Under the pieces are notes generated by a model, which was not told where the DNA came from, ran no database searches, and saw nothing but the letters and a program-made list of their open reading frames with translations. From the NCBI GenBank assembly GCA_964437425.1, contig CAYTGO010000004.1:45814-69813 (forward strand): a stretch of DNA of 24,000 bases, read 5' to 3'. A program made the translations under genes and the position numbers. This document shows positions 8,660 to 15,955 of the stretch, one piece after another. This DNA is from an uncultured Candidatus Scalindua sp. (GTDB lineage Bacteria; Planctomycetota; Brocadiia; Brocadiales; Scalinduaceae). The first letter of the stretch is position 1. Each line of letters begins with the position of its first letter.

Positions 8660-9604
8660 ATGGTTACCCATATGAAAGATGTTGAATTGCGACCACTTCT
8701 GGAGAAGAACAAATCCGAATACGCAGAGCTGCTTTATAACTCTTTTAATGTGTGGTACCGGCAGCACGGTAGAGATGAAGATTATTTTAAAGGTGGACCA
8801 CAGGACACTGAAATATTCTTTGATATTTACAATGATCTGGACCCCGGCTGCTGTATCGTAGCAGTTGACAAGAATACAAAACGTCTTGTGGGATGTTGCT
8901 TTTACCACCCGAGAGAATATCACGTCAGCCTGGGTGTCATGTCTGTTCATCCGGATTATTTTGGATGCGGAATTGGAAAACTGCTGGTAAACTACATTGT
9001 AGACTACACAGAGAGTAATAATAAGGCTTTACGTGTTGTAAGCAGTGCTGTAAACATAGATTCCTTTTCATTATACAATAAAGCCGGCATCTTGCCGAGA
9101 CACCTGTATCATAATATGATAATAGAGGTGTCAGCGAAAGGCTTGAACAAAACAGTTGATTGCATAGAAAACGTCCGCCCCGCACAGATTGCTGATATAC
9201 CTGCAATGATGAAACTTGAAATGGAGGTCAGTGGTATTTCACGCGAGAAGGACTTTCATTATACTATCGAAAACAGACTTGGCATATTTCAGACTTCAGT
9301 TATTGATGGCAAAAATGGCAGTATTGATGGGTTTATGATCTCGTTGAAACATACTTTGCTGAATATGATAGGGCCAGGGGTAGCACTTACCGAAGAAGCC
9401 GCCATTGGTCTTATCCTGCATGAGTCGAACCGCTATAAGGGAGAAAAAGCTATTTTACTAATACCAATGGATAGAAGGAAAATAGTTGAAAAAATGTATG
9501 AGTGTAATGCGAAGAATTCTGAAACATATCTTTTCCAGGTACGAGGTGAGTTCAAACCATTTAACGGTGTAAATATACCAAGCTTTCTGCCTGAGACTGG
9601 TTGA
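8660..9604 (+). CDS. GNAT-family N-acetyltransferase (two-lobed, substrate unknown)
   Basis: 314-aa ORF with an acetyl-CoA-binding motif A-like segment MSVHPDYFGCGIGKLLVNYIV. Start is either the ATG at 8660 or the ATG at 8672. Confidence 0.7.
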   Translation: MVTHMKDVELRPLLEKNKSEYAELLYNSFNVWYRQHGRDEDYFKGGPQDTEIFFDIYNDLDPGCCIVAVDKNTKRLVGCCFYHPREYHVSLGVMSVHPDYFGCGIGKLLVNYIVDYTESNNKALRVVSSAVNIDSFSLYNKAGILPRHLYHNMIIEVSAKGLNKTVDCIENVRPAQIADIPAMMKLEMEVSGISREKDFHYTIENRLGIFQTSVIDGKNGSIDGFMISLKHTLLNMIGPGVALTEEAAIGLILHESNRYKGEKAILLIPMDRRKIVEKMYECNAKNSETYLFQVRGEFKPFNGVNIPSFLPETG

Positions 9605-9693
9605 AAATCAATAAACGGAAAAGATGAATAAGGGCCTTACATTGATAAAAAAATAGTTTTCTAAACATACTGACATTTATAAATATTAAGTTT

Positions 9694-12516
9694 ATGAAAA
9701 ATAATAGAAAACAGAAGATTCTAATAGTTGAAAGTGATACTGCCGTTGCACAGATGGAACGAAAAAAACTTGAAGAGGCAGGGTTCATTACCGAGATAGC
9801 TGGATGCGGCAAAGACGCACTTAAGTTGCTCGAAGGTGATAAGATCAGTCTGATGCTGCTTAACCATAAGCTGCCTGACATGCCAGGCAGTGAGGTTATA
9901 GTAGCTTTAGGTGAGCACATCTGTTTATTGCCGATCGTGATAGTGGCAGCATATGGTGATGAGCATCTGGTATCTGAAATGCTTCAGTCCGGAGCTACAG
10001 ATTATATAGTTAAGGATGCCGATCTGAAATTTATCCAATTGCTTCCATGGATAGTGAAAAACCATATTGAGCACAAGCTGATAGAGGAATCTCTGCGCAA
10101 GAGCGAAAGAAGACTAAAACAAGCTGAAGAAATTTCGAGCTTAGGACATTGGGAATTTAATCTTATTTCAAATACTTTATATTGGTCAGATGAGACATAC
10201 CGTATTTTCAATTTGAAGCCTCAGGAATTTGAGGCCTCTTACGATGCCTTCCTGGAAGTAGTCCATCCTGAAGACAGAGAATTTGTGGATAAAACATATA
10301 ATGATTCATTAAAGAATAAGACTGCTTATGACATTGTACACCGTCTGTTATTGAAAGACGGGACGATTAAGTATGTAAATGAGAAGTGTAAAACTGAATA
10401 CGATGAGAACGAAAAACCATTAAGATCACTTGGCATTGTTCAGGATATTACAGAACGCAGGAAGGTTGAGGAGAAATTAGAGGAAAGCGAGAATAAATTT
10501 CGGGATTTAGTAAAATTCGCTCCGGATTCAATCTTGATCGTTGATAGTGACAACCGGATTATAATTGCGAATGATCAGACCGAGAAGGTTTATGGATATA
10601 CAATAGATGAATTGATTGGTCAGTCTCACGATATTCTGCTACCGGAACGTTTTCGGCAAATCCATGATAAACACCGTAACAACTATTTATCAAAACCTCA
10701 CGCAAGAGAGATGGGGGCCAGTCTTGATCTGGTTTGCCGACACAAAGACGGAAGTGAGATTCCTGTTGAGATAAGTCTGAGTCCACTGATAACGAATGAA
10801 GGTGAGCAGGTAATCTGTGTTACCCGGGATATCACTGAACGCAAGCAGGCTGATTTAAAACATAAAAAAAGCGAAGAGCGTTATCGCCTATTGACGAGGA
10901 GTATAAGTGATTACGCAATATTCATGATTACTCCTGATGGAATTGTAAATAGTTGGAATGAAGGTGTTCAAAAAATAAAAGGATATAGCCCTGACGAAAT
11001 TATTGGCAAACATTTTTCTGTTTTCTATCCTGAGGAAGATGTAAAAAAAGGGAAAATAGAACATGAGCTGCAAAAAGCAAGAGAGGATGGGAGGTGCGAG
11101 GATGAAGGATGGCGTATAAAAAAGGACGGATCGCGTTTTCTGGCAAAAGTTATTATTACTGCGTTATATGATGATAGTGGAGAATTATATGGTTATGCAA
11201 AAGTCACGAGCGATATTACTGAACAGAAGCAGGCCGAGGAAGTATTGCAGCAAAAAGTCCAGGAACTGACAGCGCTTAGCAGGTTAAGTCAGCAGGTCAG
11301 TTCAAGCCTCTCACTTGGCCAAGTGGTAAGCGCGGCTCTTGATGAAGTTACTACTGCTCTTTCCCCTGACCTGACGCTGTTCTTCCTGAAGGATGGTGAC
11401 AATTTGATTCTACAGGGCATGAGATCCGCAGATCCCAAATACCGTCACGATGAGACACCGGTGCATCGTGTGGGAGAATGTCTTTGCGGACTGTCTGTCA
11501 GCAAAGGAATTCCCATGTATTCCAGTGATATACTTAATGACACGCGTTGCACATGGGAGGAGTGCAAGAAGGCTGATTTACGTTCTTTTGCAGCACTCCC
11601 CCTGTTTGGTAAGGATGAGATTATTGGAGCACTGGGACTGGCATCCGGTACCAAGCGTGAGTTTGAAAAGCAAAGCGTATTTCTTCAGACTCTTACCAAC
11701 GATATTTCTACAGGTTTGCAGAATGCCATACTTCATATGCAGGTACAGAAGCATGCTGAAGAACTGGAATCCAGGGTAGCAGAACGGACTGATGAATTAG
11801 CCCGAGCCAACACCCGCCTTAAAGAGCTTGATCATCTAAAAAGTATGTTTATTGCAAGCATGAGTCACGAACTAAGGACGCCACTTAATTCCATAATGGG
11901 CTTCACAGGAATAATTCTACAGGGGATGGTTGGTAAGATTTCGGATGAGCAGAGGACGCAGCTCACTATGGTAAAAAACAGCGCCACTCACCTTTTGTCA
12001 CTGATAAATGATATAATCGATATAAGCAAGATTGAGGCAGGTAAGGTGGAGATCTACATCCATAAATTCGAACTACAGACAGCTGTTAAAGAGGTAATAA
12101 ACTCATTTACCGTCCTTGCGGATGAAAAAAATCTTAAAATGGATCTGAAAATACCCAAAAAAATTATGATCGAAAGCGATGAGCGAAGGATAAAACAGAT
12201 CCTCGTAAATTTTATTAGTAATGCAATTAAGTTCACAGAACAAGGCAGTGTGAACGTATGCGTACTCCAGAATTCTGATACTGCTATAGAGATCAGTGTT
12301 GCTGATACCGGTATCGGGATAAAAAAAGAGGATATGGACAAACTTTTCAAGGCGTTCAGCCGAATTCCTATTGAGGGAGTTATAAAGGAAGGTACCGGTC
12401 TGGGCCTTTATCTTTCCAGGAAGATATCTGAACTTCTTGGCTGTGAAATAATGGCTGAAAGCGAGTTTGGGAAAGGAAGTATTTTCACGTTAACGTTGCC
12501 GTTGAGGTGCACATAA
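9694..12516 (+). CDS. Sensor histidine kinase: degenerate REC - PAS - PAS - PAS - GAF - HisKA - HATPase_c
   Basis: The N-terminal receiver-like fold has Asn at the phospho-Asp position (LMLLNHKLPDMPG). Three PAS domains each end in a DITERK/DITEQK cap. The GAF domain contains GECLCG...RCTWEEC. H-box is SMSHELRTPLNS, N-box NFISNAIKFT, G-boxes DTGIGI and GTGLGL. Confidence 0.9.
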   Translation: MKNNRKQKILIVESDTAVAQMERKKLEEAGFITEIAGCGKDALKLLEGDKISLMLLNHKLPDMPGSEVIVALGEHICLLPIVIVAAYGDEHLVSEMLQSGATDYIVKDADLKFIQLLPWIVKNHIEHKLIEESLRKSERRLKQAEEISSLGHWEFNLISNTLYWSDETYRIFNLKPQEFEASYDAFLEVVHPEDREFVDKTYNDSLKNKTAYDIVHRLLLKDGTIKYVNEKCKTEYDENEKPLRSLGIVQDITERRKVEEKLEESENKFRDLVKFAPDSILIVDSDNRIIIANDQTEKVYGYTIDELIGQSHDILLPERFRQIHDKHRNNYLSKPHAREMGASLDLVCRHKDGSEIPVEISLSPLITNEGEQVICVTRDITERKQADLKHKKSEERYRLLTRSISDYAIFMITPDGIVNSWNEGVQKIKGYSPDEIIGKHFSVFYPEEDVKKGKIEHELQKAREDGRCEDEGWRIKKDGSRFLAKVIITALYDDSGELYGYAKVTSDITEQKQAEEVLQQKVQELTALSRLSQQVSSSLSLGQVVSAALDEVTTALSPDLTLFFLKDGDNLILQGMRSADPKYRHDETPVHRVGECLCGLSVSKGIPMYSSDILNDTRCTWEECKKADLRSFAALPLFGKDEIIGALGLASGTKREFEKQSVFLQTLTNDISTGLQNAILHMQVQKHAEELESRVAERTDELARANTRLKELDHLKSMFIASMSHELRTPLNSIMGFTGIILQGMVGKISDEQRTQLTMVKNSATHLLSLINDIIDISKIEAGKVEIYIHKFELQTAVKEVINSFTVLADEKNLKMDLKIPKKIMIESDERRIKQILVNFISNAIKFTEQGSVNVCVLQNSDTAIEISVADTGIGIKKEDMDKLFKAFSRIPIEGVIKEGTGLGLYLSRKISELLGCEIMAESEFGKGSIFTLTLPLRCT

Positions 12517-12588
12517 AATCTGTAAATCCCTGTGCATCAGTGTGTGTTATTTAACCAGTATTTTTCCGTGTATATAAGGAGGAAAAGC

Positions 12589-12951
12589 TTGAAGCGTATT
12601 CTAATAGTTGAGGACAACGAACACAACATGTACCTTATCAACTTTATTTTGGAGAAAAACGGCTATGAAACAATAAAGGCCTTAAACGGTGAAGAGGGAA
12701 TAACACTCGCTATGAAAGAAAGACCTGACCTTATTATCATGGATATCCAGCTTCCTGATATAAATGGTCTGGAAGTAACAAGGAAGATAAGGGAATCAAA
12801 AGTGGATGGAACTATTCCCATTATCGCTATAACATCGTATGCAATGTCAGGTGACAGGGATAAGGCGCTGGAAGCAGGATGTACGGGTTATATTGAAAAA
12901 CCGATCAATCCGGATACCATCATGGCAGAGATTGAAAAATATTTGGCATAA
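12589..12951 (+). CDS. Single-domain (CheY-like) response regulator
   Basis: Canonical receiver residues: VEDN, LIIMDIQLPDING, IIAITSYA, YIEKP. I place the start at TTG 12589, 6 nt after a strong SD AAGGAGG (12576-12582). The GTG at 12532 would add a non-receiver 19-aa extension. Confidence 0.85.
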   Translation: MKRILIVEDNEHNMYLINFILEKNGYETIKALNGEEGITLAMKERPDLIIMDIQLPDINGLEVTRKIRESKVDGTIPIIAITSYAMSGDRDKALEAGCTGYIEKPINPDTIMAEIEKYLA

Positions 12952-12969
12952 ATCAGTGAGGAGATCAAA

Positions 12970-13914
12970 ATGGAACCTAAAGCCAGGAAAATTCTCATAG
13001 TGGATGATACTGAAGAGGACCTCTACCTGTTTAAAACCTTGTTAGAAAAGAGTGGATATGATGTTGTATCATCCAGAAACGGAGTTGAGGCCCTTGAGGA
13101 GCTGAAGAAGCACACCGTAGATATGATTGTCTCCGATGTCTTAATGCCCGTGATGGACGGCTTTCAGCTATGCAGGGAGTGTAAGAAGGACGATAGCTTA
13201 AAGAAAATATCATTTGTCTTTTATACCGCTACCTATACCGATGAGAAGGACGAGGAGTTTGCCATGAGCCTGGGTGCAGAAAAGTTCATAGTCAAGCCAT
13301 GTGAGATAAACGAGTTATTAAAGATACTCAGAGCCGTTATTGAAAGTCATGGAAAAGCGGCACCCGTTGCTATAAATGACGAGAAAACCTATCTTGCAAA
13401 GTATAACAAACGCCTGGTTGAAAAAATCGAGCATAAGGTATTGATCCTGGAGAAAGAAATTGAAAAGCGCAAGAAGGCCGAGAAGAAACTGCATGAACAA
13501 AAAAAGGCTTTAAAGCAAAAGAATATAGCCCTTAATGAAATTCTTGGACAAATCGAGATTGAAAAGAGACAGATAAAGGAAAATGTAATCGCCAATGCGG
13601 AGAATCTACTTTTGCCTATTATACAAAGACTTAAATTAGAAGGAATATCACGTAAATATGTACAACTACTAGAGAAAAACTTACAAAAACTAACATCCTC
13701 ATTCGGCACAAGGCTTACCGAAAAAAGAGCTAATTTAACTACCAGAGAGATTGACATTTGTAATATGATAAGAAATGGTCTTACAAACAAGGAGATATCC
13801 CGCCTTCTAGATATCTCCATCGGGACAACAGAAAGACATCGCGCGAACATCAGAAAAAAACTAGGCATCATCAATAAAGATATCAACCTAACATCATTCC
13901 TGAAAACACTTTAG
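12970..13914 (+). CDS. Response regulator: REC - coiled-coil linker - LuxR/GerE-type HTH
   Basis: SD GAGGAG (12958-12963) precedes the ATG. Canonical receiver residues: IVDDTEED, MIVSDVLMPVMDG, FYTATY, FIVKP. A Lys/Glu-rich helix follows. C-terminal GerE-type HTH: LTTREIDICNMIRNGLTNKEISRLLDISIGTTERHRANIRKKLGI. Confidence 0.9.
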   Translation: MEPKARKILIVDDTEEDLYLFKTLLEKSGYDVVSSRNGVEALEELKKHTVDMIVSDVLMPVMDGFQLCRECKKDDSLKKISFVFYTATYTDEKDEEFAMSLGAEKFIVKPCEINELLKILRAVIESHGKAAPVAINDEKTYLAKYNKRLVEKIEHKVLILEKEIEKRKKAEKKLHEQKKALKQKNIALNEILGQIEIEKRQIKENVIANAENLLLPIIQRLKLEGISRKYVQLLEKNLQKLTSSFGTRLTEKRANLTTREIDICNMIRNGLTNKEISRLLDISIGTTERHRANIRKKLGIINKDINLTSFLKTL

Positions 13915-13983
13915 CCTGCAATTCCCTATCCCTAGCTACTATGTATTTTTCATACATATAACGTGTATAGTAAAGCCATATTG
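13465..13983 (+). repeat. Copy A of a ~519-nt segmental duplication (3' third of the REC-LuxR gene plus ~70 nt downstream)
   Basis: Collinear with 14934-15451 at an offset of about 1469 nt. The encoded proteins are identical at 115 of 139 positions by hand count. Similarity continues past the stop codon into a 46-nt box (39/46 identical, ungapped). Confidence 0.85.
13938..13983 (+). promoter_or_regulatory. Conserved intergenic box A: palindrome TATGTAT-N5-ATACATA plus AAGCCATATTG; candidate operator
   Basis: ACTATGTATTTTTCATACATATAACGTGTATAGTAAAGCCATATTG. It contains a perfect 7-bp inverted repeat, 13940-13946 / 13952-13958. The terminal TTG starts a -35-like TTGACT (13981-13986). The box lies about 100-145 nt upstream of the 14085 ATG. 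Confidence 0.4.
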
Positions 13984-14084
13984 ACTTCCCTGCAACATAG
14001 TATAGTTTATCATCATTTAACTATCCAAACTATAATAACGTTTATAATTTCCATACCCAACTTTTGATTCACAAATAGCCACAT

Positions 14085-15383
14085 ATGAATTATGAAAAGA
14101 TGACAAAAGCAGAGTTAATCAGCAGGCTCAAGTCGTTTGAATCCAGTGTAGAAAATGTCGAGCGCAAGAAGGCAGGAGATGAGATAAAGGGGTTGGCAAA
14201 ATTTCCAAGTGAGAATCCAAATCCTGTAATACGGGTATTTAAAGATGGCAACATACTCTATCACAACAAAGCAAGCACACCCTTATTAGATTTCTGGAAT
14301 TGCCAGACATCCAGAATATTGCCTGAGAATTATATAAAGATGATTTCTGATGTTCTGCATTCTGGTTTGAGTAGTGTTGCAGAAACTGAGTGTAGAGACC
14401 GCGTAATCTCATTAACGTTTGCGCCAATAATTGAAGAGGGTTACGTTAATATCTATGGAATGGATATCACCGAGCGCAAAAAGGCAGAAGAAAATATTAA
14501 GACGATTAACGAATCTCTAGAAAAACTTGTATTTGAGCGTACAAAAAAATTAAAAGAATATAATGTGAAATTATTGAGGGAAATCACCAGTCACGAATTG
14601 GCAAAAGAACAGAGCGAAACTATTCTTCGTACGGCTCTTGATGGTTTTCTGATGTTGGACGCTCAAGGTAGAATTCTGGATACAAATAACGCGTACTGTA
14701 ATCTAACAGGTTATAACCGTGAAGAATTACTTACGATGCGTGTATCTGATATTGAAGCTTTGGAAGATCCTGAGGATACAAAGAGACACATAGATCAGAT
14801 AATAAAAGTGGGAGGCGACCGATTTGAAAGTAATCACAGATGTAGAGAAGGCATGATTATTGATATTGAAGTAAGCACCAATTATGTGAATATAAAAGGT
14901 GGCCGCTTTTTTTCATTCATTCGTGACATCACTGAGCGTAAACGGTTCGAGGAGAAACTACTGGAGCAAAAAAAGGCTTTAGAGCAAAAGAATATAGCCC
15001 TTAATGAAATCCTTGGGCAGATCGAAATTGAAAAGAAACAGATAAAAGATAATGTAACCGCCAATGCGGAAAACCTGCTCTTGCCTGTTATACAAAAGCT
15101 TAAACTGACAGGAGAATCACGTAAATATGTACATCTGCTGGAGAAAAACTTACAAAAACTAACATCCACATTTGGTACTAAACTAACCGAAATGAGTGTC
15201 AGATTAACTGCCAGAGAAATTGAGATTTGCAATATGATAAAAAACGGTCTCACAAACAAAGAGATTACAAGTCTTCTGAATATCTCTCAAGGAACTACAG
15301 AGAGACATCGCGCTAATATTAGAAAAAAACTGGGTGTTATCAACAAAGATATCAACCTATCCTCTTTTCTAAAAACACTTTAA
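14085..15383 (+). CDS. PAS-sensor transcriptional regulator: ENPNPV-type PAS-like domain - PAS - coiled-coil linker - LuxR/GerE-type HTH
   Basis: N-terminal PAS-like domain (SENPNPVIRVFKDGNILYHN...YGMDITERKKAEE), then a second PAS (LRTALDGFLMLDAQGRILDTNNAYCNLTGYNREE...IRDITERKRFEE). The C-terminal 139 aa are about 83% identical to the C-terminus of the 12970 gene, including HTH LTAREIEICNMIKNGLTNKEITSLLNISQGTTERHRANIRKKLGV. Confidence 0.9.
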   Translation: MNYEKMTKAELISRLKSFESSVENVERKKAGDEIKGLAKFPSENPNPVIRVFKDGNILYHNKASTPLLDFWNCQTSRILPENYIKMISDVLHSGLSSVAETECRDRVISLTFAPIIEEGYVNIYGMDITERKKAEENIKTINESLEKLVFERTKKLKEYNVKLLREITSHELAKEQSETILRTALDGFLMLDAQGRILDTNNAYCNLTGYNREELLTMRVSDIEALEDPEDTKRHIDQIIKVGGDRFESNHRCREGMIIDIEVSTNYVNIKGGRFFSFIRDITERKRFEEKLLEQKKALEQKNIALNEILGQIEIEKKQIKDNVTANAENLLLPVIQKLKLTGESRKYVHLLEKNLQKLTSTFGTKLTEMSVRLTAREIEICNMIKNGLTNKEITSLLNISQGTTERHRANIRKKLGVINKDINLSSFLKTL

Positions 15384-15451
15384 AAGCCTATCCAACCTGT
15401 TTTTCACTATGTATTTATCATACATACTATATGTATGATAAAGCCATATTG
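14934..15451 (+). repeat. Copy B of the segmental duplication (3' third of the PAS-LuxR gene plus ~70 nt downstream)
   Basis: See copy A. There is one net 1-nt indel between the stop codon and the conserved box. Confidence 0.85.
15406..15451 (+). promoter_or_regulatory. Conserved intergenic box B: nested palindromes plus AAGCCATATTG; candidate operator
   Basis: ACTATGTATTTATCATACATACTATATGTATGATAAAGCCATATTG. Inverted repeats are TATGTAT (15408-15414) / ATACATA (15420-15426) and TCATACATA (15418-15426) / TATGTATGA (15430-15438). Confidence 0.4.
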
Positions 15452-15476
15452 TTAATTGCTTAATACCTGCGATAAT
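15449..15476 (+). promoter_or_regulatory. Candidate sigma70-type promoter for the 15542 receiver gene
   Basis: TTGTTA (15449-15454), a 16-nt spacer, then GATAAT (15471-15476), about 65 nt upstream of the ATG. The -35 overlaps the end of conserved box B. This is a pattern match only. Confidence 0.3.
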
Positions 15477-15541
15477 TTAAATAATCAAAAATGTTCCAGT
15501 TGGAGTGTCAGAGAATAATTGCATAAAAATAAATGGAGTGA

Positions 15542-15955
15542 ATGTTGGAAGGGAAAAAGATTATACTTATTGAAGATGACTTTGACCATGCTCATTTGAT
15601 TACCGAAGCTCTTAAGGACGGAGACAGTGATGATGATATTATCCTGGTAAGAGATGGCATGGAAGCAATTGATTGTTTCCAGGAACTTAGTCTTAAGTGG
15701 AACGGACAGGTGGCGCATAAAGTTAAGCTAATTATATTGGATCTGGATTTACCAAAAATTAGTGGTGAGGATATCCTTAAATTTCTAAAAAAGAATTCCA
15801 TGTATAGTGAAATACCGGTAATTATCTTATCAACAAGTTCTGTCCAGGAAAAGATTGACGAAGCATACAAAAATGGAGCCAGCGGTTATTTTATTAAACC
15901 TGCTTCTTATGAAGAATTTGTTGAAAAGGTAAAAATTCTGAAGAAATGCTACTGA
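15542..15955 (+). CDS. Single-domain response regulator (Rcp1-like stand-alone receiver)
   Basis: Canonical receiver residues: ILIEDDFD, LIILDLDLPKISG, VIILSTS, YFIKPA. GGAG lies just upstream of the ATG. Confidence 0.88.
   Translation: MLEGKKIILIEDDFDHAHLITEALKDGDSDDDIILVRDGMEAIDCFQELSLKWNGQVAHKVKLIILDLDLPKISGEDILKFLKKNSMYSEIPVIILSTSSVQEKIDEAYKNGASGYFIKPASYEEFVEKVKILKKCY

Noticed and set aside
9020-9029. Reverse-strand match (AATAAGGCTT) to the AAGCC[A/T]TATT motif inside the GNAT gene
   Set aside because: It is a single coding-region occurrence on the opposite strand with no accompanying palindrome or promoter-like context. I treat it as chance, but it tempers the enrichment argument.
12532-12588. 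GTG-initiated 19-codon extension of the stand-alone receiver
   Set aside because: A strong AAGGAGG sits inside the extension, 6 nt before TTG 12589, and the receiver fold starts immediately after that codon.
13389-13886. 165-aa antisense ORF inside the REC-LuxR gene, with a similar 125-aa antisense ORF at 14882-15259 inside the PAS-LuxR gene
   Set aside because: Both lie opposite Lys/Glu-rich coding sequence (AAG/GAA repeats read as CTT/TTC on the other strand), which gives Phe/Leu/Ser-rich low-complexity translations. They appear twice only because the sense sequence is duplicated. The sense frames have clear domain signatures.
9694-13914. The layout of kinase, stand-alone receiver and receiver-effector superficially resembles the three-gene Detocs anti-phage two-component system
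   Set aside because: The third gene's output here is a LuxR/GerE DNA-binding domain, not a toxic effector. The kinase has ordinary PAS/GAF sensing domains, and nothing else defence-related is nearby. Ordinary regulation is far more likely.
13940-13958. The inverted repeats after the LuxR-type genes, read as Rho-independent terminators
   Set aside because: The stems are 7-9 bp of pure A/T with no G/C pairs and no following T tract, so they would be very weak terminators. Their conservation and their position on -35-like hexamers fit protein binding sites better.
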